From positions 1 to 55,716 of the IMG/VR virus record IMGVR_UViG_3300024265_000060: DNA of 55,716 bases; one strand, given 5' to 3'. Position 1 is the stretch's first letter. Every line of letters begins with the position of its first letter. The stretch comes from a virus. Lineage: Duplodnaviria; Caudoviricetes. The translations under genes and the position numbers were made by a program. Positions 34,391 to 44,049 of the stretch are shown here, piece after piece. The notes beneath the pieces are model-generated. The model had not been told where the DNA came from. It searched no databases and saw only the letters and a program-made list of their open reading frames with translations.

Positions 34391-35287
34391 TTATCCGCCC
34401 GAAGAACCGTCGATTCCGCGCCAATCTCCGAACTGAGATTCGGCGAACCGGAGGTAAACCTTGTGCTTGGAGTCGCCAGTGTCGAAATCGTCGCCACTGG
34501 AGAATTCTGGCTTGTCGCGCCAGAAGGCATTGATGTCCGTGCTGGAACCCTGGAGATACCAACTATCCGTATCAGTGATGAAGTGCCAGACCTTGAACCC
34601 GAACTCGCCGCTCAAAGCATTGATGGTGTTTTCGTTCGTGAAGGGGAGCAACGGAGTCTTCAAGATCTCCGCAGCGATGTATCTCGAATCCTGCGGAATG
34701 ATCAAGATCTTCGGCACGATAGGAGTCTGGAAGCCGCGCTCCGAGACCGTCTTTTCCATACGGATCGAAGCTGCCTGCAAAACTGCAATCGAAATATCCG
34801 CATCGGTTGCGGGCCGGTTTGCAAAGGTTCCGCCACCCAACAACGCATGACTTGTGCTGATCAAAGATTCACCAGCATTATAGCCAACGAAACTTGTGCT
34901 GAAGGCGTTGTTGTGGGCAGCCGCACCAAGAACGTTCACGGACTGTCGAACCGAACGCTGCAAATGCCTAGGCGCTCTCGCAACCTGACGATATCTGTCG
35001 TCACGAAGCATAATCTTCGTCACGCGAAAACCGAGTCCATAAGCGGTCGGGTCATAACGCTTCGTGGTGCCCGCGATCGGATCGTCATACGTGACTGGCT
35101 GGCCTTCAGGAAGCTCAGGAATGAGACCGAAAAATGCCATCTTGTAGTCCGTAATAAACGGCTCGTTCATGGTCTGAACGTTTACGAACTGATTAAATTC
35201 GTCCGAAAGGATCGCAGCCTCATCATTGAAAATGCTGCGAAGCCCAGGATCAAGGAGTTTTGCCTGACTGGTTGAGGCGGTTGTCAT
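34391..35287 (-). CDS. major capsid protein (HK97 fold, Mu gpT-like)
   Basis: LLDPGLRSIF, PEGQPVTYD, YGLGFRVT, PKILIIP, TDTDSWYL and FGDWRGIDGS motifs. Confidence 0.88.
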   Translation of the reverse strand: MTTASTSQAKLLDPGLRSIFNDEAAILSDEFNQFVNVQTMNEPFITDYKMAFFGLIPELPEGQPVTYDDPIAGTTKRYDPTAYGLGFRVTKIMLRDDRYRQVARAPRHLQRSVRQSVNVLGAAAHNNAFSTSFVGYNAGESLISTSHALLGGGTFANRPATDADISIAVLQAASIRMEKTVSERGFQTPIVPKILIIPQDSRYIAAEILKTPLLPFTNENTINALSGEFGFKVWHFITDTDSWYLQGSSTDINAFWRDKPEFSSGDDFDTGDSKHKVYLRFAESQFGDWRGIDGSSGG

Positions 35288-35676
35288 TACTTAGAATCTC
35301 CAGGGGTCGGGTCTTCGAAGGTTGCAATGCCGAGGCTAGCACCTTCTGAGTGGAAGTCTTCAGCGATTTGCCGAACGACTCGTTTGTGATCGGAGCGGAG
35401 TTTTACTGCTTTTCTACGTTTATTGAATTCATCGATGGGACATTTCATCAAGATGGAATCACCGACACGAATGGTACCATCAGCTGCGATGCGAGGATCT
35501 TTGTCAAGCTTTTTACCATCGGTGTCAGAAACTTTGACAGGTTTGTAATGTTGCACTACCTGGCGTTTGGTAAGATTCTTAGAACCAAACTTGTTGTCGT
35601 CAAGGACCCAACGGTAATTGAACTTTGGGTCCTTGAAACCAAGTGGTAAGGTGTATTCTGCGTCGAAGTCAGTCAT
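35287..35676 (-). CDS. head-module protein
   Basis: DPKFNYRWV...GDSILMKCP motif, common upstream of this capsid type. Confidence 0.7.
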   Translation of the reverse strand: MTDFDAEYTLPLGFKDPKFNYRWVLDDNKFGSKNLTKRQVVQHYKPVKVSDTDGKKLDKDPRIAADGTIRVGDSILMKCPIDEFNKRRKAVKLRSDHKRVVRQIAEDFHSEGASLGIATFEDPTPGDSK

Positions 35677-36377
35677 TAATGGTTCACCGCCCCTATGATT
35701 CGGACACCATCGAAAGTTGTTGACTTGGCTTGCTCAGCATACTTGTCTTCAGTTACACCAAGCTTGCCTGCCATGGTTTTTTCTTCTGCAGTCATCTCAT
35801 ACTTGTTGTCGGCTGGGTCAACAACCTCAGTTTTGCTTGCAACACCCGGACCAGACATAGCGTTTTTGGACTGATACTCAGAAATCTGGGCCTCAACCTG
35901 TTTTGCAACAATCACATCGATGTTCTTTGACTTTGCTAAGTCCAAAAGATGGTCGTAAGCGCCCGGCTGGGAAAGAACCTCGTTGCTAATCTTTCCATTG
36001 GCCACAAGAGTCGCCACATGATCCTTGTATTCGTCCCAGTCTTCCTTTCGCTTAACCGACACCAATTCTTTCTGAGTATTCGCGTTGATTACAGCGTTCT
36101 GGGCCAGAATCGGCGCGGTCCGTTTGTTGAAAAGCTTCGTCATGGCCCCCTCGGGGTCGCCGACGATGTCTAGCTCTTCAGTTACCTCCTGAACAGGCTG
36201 AACTGAACCTGCCGCGTCTGCAATTACAGAAAGCTGGCCGGAAAGCTTGTCAAACTGGCTCCTGGACTGCTTTAGTTCCTCTGAAAGCAAGTCTGTGGTC
36301 TTCGAAAGCTCATCAATCCTTGGATCTGGCGTGGGTTCGACTGGTTCTGCGCCTTCTTTAGGATCTTTTTCGGTCAT
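35676..36377 (-). CDS. scaffolding protein
   Basis: Acidic coiled coil; C-terminal MTAEEKTMAGKLGVTEDKYA motif; synteny. Confidence 0.75.
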   Translation of the reverse strand: MTEKDPKEGAEPVEPTPDPRIDELSKTTDLLSEELKQSRSQFDKLSGQLSVIADAAGSVQPVQEVTEELDIVGDPEGAMTKLFNKRTAPILAQNAVINANTQKELVSVKRKEDWDEYKDHVATLVANGKISNEVLSQPGAYDHLLDLAKSKNIDVIVAKQVEAQISEYQSKNAMSGPGVASKTEVVDPADNKYEMTAEEKTMAGKLGVTEDKYAEQAKSTTFDGVRIIGAVNH

Positions 36378-36644
36378 TTAATAGCTCCTATTTGTGTCAT
36401 CTTGGATTATATCATGGCTGTCAAGGAGATCGTCCACAATATGTTGTGCCTTCTCCCAAGCAAGCCTACTGCCCCTGTGAATTGCCGTCTTTGACTGAAA
36501 TATTGAGGCTTCTAGATCCAGCGGGACCGTTTGCTCCAGGTCTAGACTGATTGCCTTCTGCTCCTTGAACACCTCCATCAGCGCCTGGAACCCCGGCTGC
36601 CTGCGCAGCTCCCGCAGCAGCGCCACCACGTGCGAGTTCGGCAT
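36378..36644 (-). CDS. small head protein overlapping the portal 3' end
   Basis: MPNSHVVALL... with GGAGG RBS; helical. Confidence 0.6.
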   Translation of the reverse strand: MPNSHVVALLRELRRQPGFQALMEVFKEQKAISLDLEQTVPLDLEASIFQSKTAIHRGSRLAWEKAQHIVDDLLDSHDIIQDDTNRSY

Positions 36645-38403
36645 AAATATCCTCCAAAGTGGGTAAGATTTCGTCTTGGCGGCGGTTTTCAAAGGCCGTC
36701 AAGACGTCTTTGACTAGAACTTCAGCGCCCCGAGCAAGCTGAATGCCAAGTTTGCTAAGGGCTGGCGGTATTCCAGGCGTCGCTAGAACCTGACCAAACT
36801 GGAAAACCTGTTGGTAAACGCTCATCATGAGCTGAAAGAGTGTCATGGCGTCTTGTCTGGCTACAGAAGCGTTCATGGTTGCCGAAGATGCCATAACTTC
36901 AACATCTATATCAGTTGGGATGTCTAGTTCTTCGTCGAAAGCGACACGGATTTCGCCAAATGGTTGGCCTTTCTTGCCGAGGATGCGAATGGCTAGTCCC
37001 TCAGCGTTGTTTTGCTGAAGCATGGAAAGAATCATAAGGCCAAGCTTCCCAAGAGGATGCCGCATATCCCTAACTTGGTAATCAAACTTCTTGTTGCCTT
37101 CTTGGATAATCGCCAGCGTCCCAGTCGCTGTGTCTCGGCCCGATGCACTCGGTTTGCGGCCAAGACCAAAGTCCGAGATTCCAGTGCGCCGTTCCGAATA
37201 GTCTCTAGCAAGAGCTTCTAATGGAATAGAATTTGCTTTGAGTGGTCCCAACCCAATTTCTTGAATGTCATCTGGATTTGCAAACCTGACCTTCTTACCC
37301 GGCCAAATCTTAGTCATCCCATCATCAGCCGGACTTCCAGCCCTCACGCCAAACATCTGAACAATAGAAACTGTAGTCGCATCAACAGTCTGATTATGCA
37401 CCGTGTTGATCTCGTCGTTCAGGTCACCGATCTGATCCGAGATGCCACTTCCAGAAATCATGTGTTCTCTTGCTTCAAGTCTGCCAACAACGAAAGGACG
37501 CATTCTGTGGAAGAACGGGTTAAGGTTGTATCTAAGTAGCTTTCCCCGGACCGGATCAATAATGATCTGAACCTCGACCTCGTCACCACCCTTTACTTCC
37601 CAGCGGCCCCAAATTTCGTAAAGCTCGATCGACAACTTATTTGACGGAATTATCCCCGCCACTTCGTGTCGCCTATCGGTCACATCTGAGCTGTCAAACT
37701 TTTCGACTAAACTATCTGTGTCACCAAACAAAAACTTACTCGACTTCAAACCCTTAATCTGCCCCTGCGTGAAGTTCAAGATGTGACAAAGCCAAGGGCA
37801 GGTTTGAATGTCATCATAGCCTGAAGACCAGACAAACTTCTCCGGCTTGACTGCTTCAACATTTGGTCTATCCTCAAGAACCTTCGTGTCCTTGACGACC
37901 TTAAAGGTTCCATCTTTTTGCTTCTTGTGCTTATAAATGGTTCCTTCGCGTTTCAACCAAGTTGCCTTCAGAACCCCCATACCCAGCTTGATCGAGTCCC
38001 ATGCGAAGTCTCTCGTGGCATCATACAAATCAAACTGATTCGTTCTTGACCAATCAAGGAGATCTGTAGCTGATTTTGAAAAGTCTTGGAAGTCTGGATT
38101 CCTTGCCTTCACGAGCCAAAACGGCCCCGGCGGATTAAACAGAGTCGTAACAAACCTTGCATGAATAGCTGAAGCATGAATAGCTACAAGCGGAATACTT
38201 GTGTTACTTGCACCCTTCCAAGGAAAGTTCTTGTCTGTCCTTGTGCCTTCATAAAGCGCGTGGGCGCGTTTCCAACGCTTTTCCAGTCTAGACCTATCAG
38301 CGATCCCCCGTCTCACCTGGTTCGTAAAATGGCTAACGATCGCCGCCGCCTCTTCTTCAGTCGTCTCAATCTGCTCGTAGAGTCCTTCGGCAAACTTTGG
38401 CAT
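36466..38403 (-). CDS. portal protein
   Basis: 645 aa after TerL; FPWKGASN, GMGVLKA, RPFVV and TATG motifs of P22/T7-like portals. Confidence 0.85.
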   Translation of the reverse strand: MPKFAEGLYEQIETTEEEAAAIVSHFTNQVRRGIADRSRLEKRWKRAHALYEGTRTDKNFPWKGASNTSIPLVAIHASAIHARFVTTLFNPPGPFWLVKARNPDFQDFSKSATDLLDWSRTNQFDLYDATRDFAWDSIKLGMGVLKATWLKREGTIYKHKKQKDGTFKVVKDTKVLEDRPNVEAVKPEKFVWSSGYDDIQTCPWLCHILNFTQGQIKGLKSSKFLFGDTDSLVEKFDSSDVTDRRHEVAGIIPSNKLSIELYEIWGRWEVKGGDEVEVQIIIDPVRGKLLRYNLNPFFHRMRPFVVGRLEAREHMISGSGISDQIGDLNDEINTVHNQTVDATTVSIVQMFGVRAGSPADDGMTKIWPGKKVRFANPDDIQEIGLGPLKANSIPLEALARDYSERRTGISDFGLGRKPSASGRDTATGTLAIIQEGNKKFDYQVRDMRHPLGKLGLMILSMLQQNNAEGLAIRILGKKGQPFGEIRVAFDEELDIPTDIDVEVMASSATMNASVARQDAMTLFQLMMSVYQQVFQFGQVLATPGIPPALSKLGIQLARGAEVLVKDVLTAFENRRQDEILPTLEDIYAELARGGAAAGAAQAAGVPGADGGVQGAEGNQSRPGANGPAGSRSLNISVKDGNSQGQ

Positions 38404-38409
38404 GGTTAT

Positions 38410-38721
38410 CTATTTTCGTTTTGCTGATCGGCCTGTTTTAGTTTTGTTTCGAACTCTTTTTGACTTACTGGTTTTGGTTCGGCCTGTTTTGCAGACTGTT
38501 GCTTTTCTTTTTTTGACATTCTTTGTCTCCTGATCCTGTAATTGCATCGAGGACAAAAATCCAATCGTCTTCTTCTTCGAGATCCTCATTATTCCAGCAT
38601 AAAGGTCTGTGATGCAACCAACACCTAATTCGATTTCTTCGACTTCTTGGCAATCTGGACACCATGCCCTCAATATCCAGTGTTCGGGCTCATTCCCGCT
38701 GTTCTTGCATTTTTTAGCCAC
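38410..38721 (-). CDS. hypothetical CxxC protein with basic tail
   Basis: WCPDC motif, Lys-rich C-terminus; start uncertain. Confidence 0.45.
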   Translation of the reverse strand: MAKKCKNSGNEPEHWILRAWCPDCQEVEEIELGVGCITDLYAGIMRISKKKTIGFLSSMQLQDQETKNVKKRKATVCKTGRTKTSKSKRVRNKTKTGRSAKRK

Positions 38722-40247
38722 GTCGTCGCATCCTCTTCTTTATCCGAGGGGGCTTTTCCACTAAAGACCCACATCTGGTCAGACAATGAATACGCGTCTA
38801 GTATATCACGAGTTGTGGTTTTGTCTGGAAACCAACTATATTCATCGATTAAATCTGTCATCTCCTTACGAATAAAGGTCCTGCCGCTTGCAAAGGTCTC
38901 GCCGACGACCTGGTTGATCCTTGCTTCTTTGGCTCCGGCGGCGTTTCCGCCTGAAATTGCCCTAACCGGCATCCACTTGCCTTTGCGCCTTGCCATTCTC
39001 TCTAATGGATGTTGCAAAAGACGACTGAAAAGGACCGCTTCAATCCCAACCTGACAAGGATGCCACTTGTCCCAGGCCGCATACACATCGTTCAAGGCTT
39101 CATACGGATCCTTTCGAATAGCAATGGCGTCGAGGACAAAAATCCTGCCAATCGGATCAATCCCAGTCACAACAATCGCGGTTCTATCAGCCCTGTTGCC
39201 TGGACTTTGGGCTGGATCTACCATTTGATAAACCCAAAGCGTTTCCAGCAACACAATAGAACCGTCATCGAGAATCAGGCATTTCTTGCCGTTCTCTGGA
39301 TGAATGCCCAGCTCATAATACCGTATCCAAGGCATTTGGAAGGCACTAGCTTCTGGATTCTTGGGATCATTCATATACTGACAGCTAAACTTATAAGGTC
39401 CCAGCTTGATCCTAGCCCTCGCCAGCTCATCAAGACTAAACCTCTCCGGCCAAAGCGGCGTCCCATCAGGCTTAATAGCTGCATCGCTCATGATCTCGCA
39501 ACCTGGCTCATGCTCTCGGATCCATCCATTGATGTCCTGCCGACTCCACCGATTCCCGACCGTATCCATCCAATCCCGTTCCGGATGCTCAAGCAACGGA
39601 AACGCATACTGGTGCCAGTTTATTCTTCGTTGAATTTCCAACTGGCTATCCGCAATGGTCTCGTCCACAAGATCATCTTCAATAATCCCAGTAAAATGCC
39701 GCCCCGTCACCTTTGAGCCCACCCCGACCGTAGAAATGCTTGGCTCAGATGTGCTCGTCCCCGCGATCCTCATGGCCTCTGTATTCCAAATCGTCTTCTG
39801 AAAGTCTGCCGGAATAATTTCCCCAAAAAGCCACTGAAAAAACACGTTCGTCTCAAACTGGTGTTCAATGGCCTGAATCTGAACAGACGCAACCTCGCCG
39901 CCGCTCATAACAAGCAACATGCGCTCGTCCGGCCCCCAAACCGGATACTTAGGGTCGCTCAGATCCTGCGCCTGGATCAACTTGTGGATCGTCTTTGACC
40001 TTGTGTAAACGGTCGTCTTGAGATGCCCCCTCGGCTCCTCCCCCAACCGTCTCTTGATCATCGTGTTCTGCGCGAACTGGCACATCACTCGATGAAACTT
40101 CGGCGTCAGGTCCACATACCCCAACACGGCTTTTGCCAAGAAGTATAAGCTCTTCCTTGACTTCATCCGTAAGACTTCTCTGATCATTTCCGGATCCGAG
40201 TGTGTCTCTTTCCCCAGTTGCTTCGCAAAATTCGACGTCTGTAGCAT
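38670..40247 (-). CDS. terL: terminase large subunit
   Basis: PRGHLKTT (Walker A), TGRH, IIEDD (Walker B), GNRW, LWPERF, QYMNDP; nuclease VDPA...DILDA. Confidence 0.92.
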   Translation of the reverse strand: MLQTSNFAKQLGKETHSDPEMIREVLRMKSRKSLYFLAKAVLGYVDLTPKFHRVMCQFAQNTMIKRRLGEEPRGHLKTTVYTRSKTIHKLIQAQDLSDPKYPVWGPDERMLLVMSGGEVASVQIQAIEHQFETNVFFQWLFGEIIPADFQKTIWNTEAMRIAGTSTSEPSISTVGVGSKVTGRHFTGIIEDDLVDETIADSQLEIQRRINWHQYAFPLLEHPERDWMDTVGNRWSRQDINGWIREHEPGCEIMSDAAIKPDGTPLWPERFSLDELARARIKLGPYKFSCQYMNDPKNPEASAFQMPWIRYYELGIHPENGKKCLILDDGSIVLLETLWVYQMVDPAQSPGNRADRTAIVVTGIDPIGRIFVLDAIAIRKDPYEALNDVYAAWDKWHPCQVGIEAVLFSRLLQHPLERMARRKGKWMPVRAISGGNAAGAKEARINQVVGETFASGRTFIRKEMTDLIDEYSWFPDKTTTRDILDAYSLSDQMWVFSGKAPSDKEEDATTWLKNARTAGMSPNTGY

Positions 40248-40554
40248 CTTCCTCTGAAATAGCTTCTAGCGCCTTAATGGTCCGCTCATCGAGCGAAAAA
40301 ACCTTCTTCTCAATCGACCTCTGAACCGGACTATACCCTGCCCTGTCTGCCCAATCCTTTGCCACCCAAGCTCTGGTCCGTTCAGATTCGCCCCCAAGCA
40401 TGATGTCAAGATGGGTCTTGAGCGCGATTGGCAGGCCATTCTGCAAAATCGCGTCTACCTCAACCTCTTCCATAGCTGGAAGGTCGTCCCGACCCATCAG
40501 ATCCAGCAGGTCCTTAAGAATGTTATTCTTCGAGATTGATGAGTCCATGGTCAT
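39949..40554 (-). CDS. putative terminase small subunit
   Basis: Directly upstream of TerL; AKDWADRAGY motif; acidic run-on overlaps TerL. Confidence 0.55.
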   Translation of the reverse strand: MTMDSSISKNNILKDLLDLMGRDDLPAMEEVEVDAILQNGLPIALKTHLDIMLGGESERTRAWVAKDWADRAGYSPVQRSIEKKVFSLDERTIKALEAISEEDATDVEFCEATGERDTLGSGNDQRSLTDEVKEELILLGKSRVGVCGPDAEVSSSDVPVRAEHDDQETVGGGAEGASQDDRLHKVKDDPQVDPGAGSERP

Positions 40555-40690
40555 CCAAGTATTCTAGCACCACGCCAACTGCCCCCTCAGCGATCTTATC
40601 TTCGTTTCCACTGAATTCGTCCATCCACAACGTGCCAGAAATGGCTTCTTCCAAATCGTTCTTGAGCGCCTCTAGGTCTTCCAACGTCAT
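40523..40690 (-). CDS. small acidic protein
   Basis: Read manually: MTLEDLEALKNDLEEAISG..., 55 aa, ATGA-coupled. Confidence 0.5.
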   Translation of the reverse strand: MTLEDLEALKNDLEEAISGTLWMDEFSGNEDKIAEGAVGVVLEYLDDHGLINLEE

Positions 40691-40887
40691 TCCCAGACCC
40701 CCAAGCCCACCAGGTCCTCCGGAAGCTCTGATCTTTTCCCAGAACCAACTATATATCCCAAATCCACAAGCTTCTCAGCCATCTCCATATGTTCTTTCAA
40801 AACACGTTCTGTGCCAGACAGTGGACTGGGAAACGTCTTCAGAATCTGTTGTTTCATCTCCGGTGCGAGTTTCTTTCCTGTTAACAT
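40687..40887 (-). CDS. hypothetical protein
   Basis: GAGG RBS before MLTGKKLAPEMKQQIL... Confidence 0.5.
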   Translation of the reverse strand: MLTGKKLAPEMKQQILKTFPSPLSGTERVLKEHMEMAEKLVDLGYIVGSGKRSELPEDLVGLGVWE

Positions 40888-41175
40888 CGTCAAATCCTCT
40901 CGCATTGGGGGGATCAGACCAGGACGGCCCAATCCCCCCTTTGCTGACCGAAGGGAGGTGCCACGCACCAGATATTGTATCACGCTTGTCAAGGCTTACC
41001 GTATATCGCGCCCATCGAACCTCTGGCTCCATTTTGTCCAGCGCCCGCTGCATCATGCCCGCCAGTCTCGCATCGACATCAGCTTGCCGCCTGTATCGTC
41101 TGCTCACTCCAACCACCACAGCAAGCCCCAATCCCAATCGTCCCAAAACTCCTTCAACCATTTCCACATACTTGC

Positions 41176-41184
41176 ATTATACCA
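41176..41184 (-). promoter_or_regulatory. extended -10 promoter (TGGTATAAT) at the head of the late block
   Basis: Perfect TGnTATAAT at the strand-switch point, facing the packaging genes. Confidence 0.5.
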
Positions 41185-41563
41185 CACCCCCAACGTCCCC
41201 GTAACTCCTTTGGTTGCAACTTTTTGGGCAAAAATTTGTAGCTCGAACGGCTTGCAGGTCCCTCACTCATCCACGCACAGCCATGGGGGGGTCCGACCAC
41301 TTCATTTTGCTGCCCACCACCCCACCTCGTCAAGCTGGGAGGGAGGGGGCCGAGGCAGCGGATTCGAGTTCTACTCAATCCAAACCCTCAACATATAACC
41401 AGAACAGGCCGCCCAGCCTGAGACGAGCTTGGGCATAGCGAGAAAGCTGGGGTTGCTCACCAGATACGAGTAAGAGCAGGCAGATGACTTGGCTTTGACT
41501 CTGGAGTAGCAGAGTAACAGTGTAGAGTCTACTCATACTCTACCAACCTATCGAGGTGCTCCA

Positions 41564-41866
41564 ATGGAGCCGAAAGCTGATGTTGTGGCGGAGGCTCCGG
41601 CCTCCCAAGTTCCTTGTCCCTACCAGTTCGACATCAAGGAATGGACTTCCAAGGCGAACAACAAGAGCCTTTGGTTGGTCCTGAGCAAGAATGGGACGGA
41701 AGTCATGCGGCTGAAGCGGGCCGACGTGGCGGAACTGGGTCCGATTCTCACCAATAAGTTGTACGGTGAGAAGGCGTTGGAATTGCTGCGGAAGGCCAGC
41801 ATTGCGCTGGTTGCTTCGGGTGGCAATGCTAAGGCGGCGGAAAAGGTGGTTGCGACGATCACCTAA
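41564..41866 (+). CDS. first early gene, hypothetical
   Basis: GAGGT RBS, 100 aa. Confidence 0.7.
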   Translation: MEPKADVVAEAPASQVPCPYQFDIKEWTSKANNKSLWLVLSKNGTEVMRLKRADVAELGPILTNKLYGEKALELLRKASIALVASGGNAKAAEKVVATIT

Positions 41867-41969
41867 GCCGGAGTTTGAGATGGGTGGGGAAACCTGCCCA
41901 TCTCTTCCGGGGCCAGTAGCTTGAGAAAGCTATTGACTCGGGGAGAGATAACCCCGCAAGGGAGCGTGT

Positions 41970-42311
41970 ATGCACATCTGCAAGGGTGGCAAGCACGTCT
42001 CTGGTTGTTTGGAACGGCACTCTACGCCTCGCGTTAGGGCTTCGTGTAATCCTGTCTCGCAAGGGCGTGTTTGTAAGCGTCATGAAGCGCAGAAGGGGAT
42101 TGCGGAGCGGAACTCTAGGCGGGGGAATCCGCAGCGGTTTATGCGGGTAGAGCAGGCGAGCTATTACTGGTGGAATTGGAGGCGTACAACGATTTTCTCC
42201 GGTGATAAGGCAAACCGTGTCGTGACGATTGATCAGGTTGACGTGGCAAGAGCAGCGAAGGCCAGTGACAGGCGGCGAAGCTTTGAACGGGTGGTGTTGA
42301 CGATCAAGTAG
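41970..42311 (+). CDS. Arg-rich hypothetical protein
   Basis: GGGAG RBS, 113 aa. Confidence 0.6.
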   Translation: MHICKGGKHVSGCLERHSTPRVRASCNPVSQGRVCKRHEAQKGIAERNSRRGNPQRFMRVEQASYYWWNWRRTTIFSGDKANRVVTIDQVDVARAAKASDRRRSFERVVLTIK

Positions 42312-42315
42312 TGTA

Positions 42316-42390
42316 GGAAAAGACAGAGCGTGTCGAGCTAGGGTGGCTTATTGAGAATCTGAACCCTAGTAGGCATTGCTCTGTCTTTTT
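42316..42390 (+). other. long interrupted hairpin (terminator or RNase III-type processing site)
   Basis: AAAAGACAGAGC/GCTCTGTCTTTT outer stem and CTAGGGT/ACCCTAG inner stem. Confidence 0.6.
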
Positions 42391-42411
42391 GTGTGCTTAG
42401 GAGGTACTACG

Positions 42412-42546
42412 ATGCGGAAGGTTTCGCAAAAGCAACCAAGGAATTACTGTGCAGTTTGCAAGGTGCTTCGAAAGTGGAAGCACGGAGTCTGTAAGGTTTG
42501 CGAAAGTTGGAGAGACTTCAAAGGAACACTTCGATTCAAGAAGTGA
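42412..42546 (+). CDS. 44-aa CxxC..CxxC protein
   Basis: Read manually: AGGAGG RBS, YCAVC...VCKVC. Confidence 0.55.
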   Translation: MRKVSQKQPRNYCAVCKVLRKWKHGVCKVCESWRDFKGTLRFKK

Positions 42547-42775
42547 AGAGGTTTCGCAATGAAAGTTTCATGTACATTGCGGTAGTAGTTGTCCTTGTGG
42601 CGTGTGCAGGGCGTTTCATCGAGAAGTTTCGCAGGAGGCATGATGCTAACAATGAACCAGAAGCTTAGAGGAGTGGGATCGTTGCTCCATAAGCTCACGA
42701 TGGAGAATGAAAGGTTGAAGGCTACCAAAGTTAGGTTGTTGGTAGCAATAACAATCATGCAGAAGGAACGGACTT

Positions 42776-43240
42776 ATGATCAATTACAAAGTCGCAAAGT
42801 TCATTCACGAAGAGGTTGAAAGACAGGGGTTTCGGGTTGGGACTGCTATTCATACGCAAAGGTGTATTTGGATGGCTGATGCTTGGGAGTTTGGTGAGTC
42901 TATGCGTGCTATCTCAGGTTCGATTATCACAAGTGATATCGTAACGATAGGACATTATGTAGAGCCAGAAATCAACGCACGAGGATTCAGAAAAGTTGGC
43001 GTGTGTGTTGGTGATTGGACTGCACCGCATCAAGATGCTGTTCCGAGGTTGATTGAGGCTTGGTGTGAAGCGGTTAATGACGGAAGATTTACGCCGGATG
43101 AGGCTTATAAAGAGTTTGAGCTAATTCATCCGTTTGCAGATGGGAATGGTAGGACTGGGAAGATCATTCACAATATGCTTGGGAACACGATGGATGAGCC
43201 GGTGTTGGTGCAAGATTTCTTTGGTTGTGGTGTTCCTTAA
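42776..43240 (+). CDS. Fic/Doc family protein
   Basis: HPFADGNGRTG Fic motif. Confidence 0.9.
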   Translation: MINYKVAKFIHEEVERQGFRVGTAIHTQRCIWMADAWEFGESMRAISGSIITSDIVTIGHYVEPEINARGFRKVGVCVGDWTAPHQDAVPRLIEAWCEAVNDGRFTPDEAYKEFELIHPFADGNGRTGKIIHNMLGNTMDEPVLVQDFFGCGVP

Positions 43241-43252
43241 GGAGAGTTCTCG

Positions 43253-43507
43253 ATGCTACTGAGAAGGTTTGATGTAGTGATGAGGTGCAGTAGACAATGT
43301 GAGTTGAAGCGGGCTGGGAGCGCGTCTGAGATGCGGCTTAGGTTGTTGGAGAAGGATGCGGAGAAACACGCGAAGAAGACGGGGCATGTTACGACTATGG
43401 AGTTTGATAGTCATGACATGGTAGTGAAGGGGTCTGTGGAGTTTTCGTGTGGTTGGGCGAGTAGGCCGCATGTTATGATGGGTTGTAGCGAGCAGCTTGC
43501 TTGTTGA
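43253..43507 (+). CDS. small C2H2-like protein
   Basis: AAGGAG RBS; CSRQC...HAKKTGH. Confidence 0.6.
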   Translation: MLLRRFDVVMRCSRQCELKRAGSASEMRLRLLEKDAEKHAKKTGHVTTMEFDSHDMVVKGSVEFSCGWASRPHVMMGCSEQLAC

Positions 43508-43511
43508 AGGC

Positions 43512-43844
43512 ATAGCCGTTCCTGCGGCTATTGAGCAGATGCGGTTCGTCGCGTAAGGATCGCCGAGTTGGACTAACTAGGGTGCTGTGCGTGAGATCGT
43601 ACAGGTGACGGCACTGAGGCTTAGTCAGCCTACCCTCAATCTAACCTTTCGGCGCAGATGACAACGCAGTCTGTTCACAACTGAGGACAGGAGAGAAGCG
43701 AGGATTACTCCAGCTTTATGATGGCTGCTGTAAGTGCTTCGCTTCTCTCCGCTCTTGAGTTGAGTTTGGTCGTGGTTTCACGACTGAAAGCTGAAGAATG
43801 TGAGGCTTGAGGGGGCAACTTGCGTTCTTCAGTCTTGAGTTGTG
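43512..43844 (+). ncRNA. candidate large structured non-coding RNA
   Basis: 360-nt intergenic gap almost fully occupied by nested stems, e.g. GGAGAGAAGCGA/TCGCTTCTCTCC, 12 bp perfect. Confidence 0.6.
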
Positions 43845-44049
43845 AGCTTTAAAAGAAGGGGAAAAGTATGAAATTTGAAGAAATTTGCGCTGAAACGCTA
43901 TGTATTGTTGGAGAAGAAGACTACAAATGCACACTCTTCGAGGGGCATGTAAGAACACATGTGTATCAAGGTGATGGCCGAGCTTATATAAAAGGTAAGC
44001 TAATGGCGATTAACTATACAATACTTTGGGAAAGCAAAGAGGTTTGAGC

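Noticed and set aside
41340-41420. tRNA-like GGATTCGAG
   Set aside because: No cloverleaf or acceptor stem could be built.
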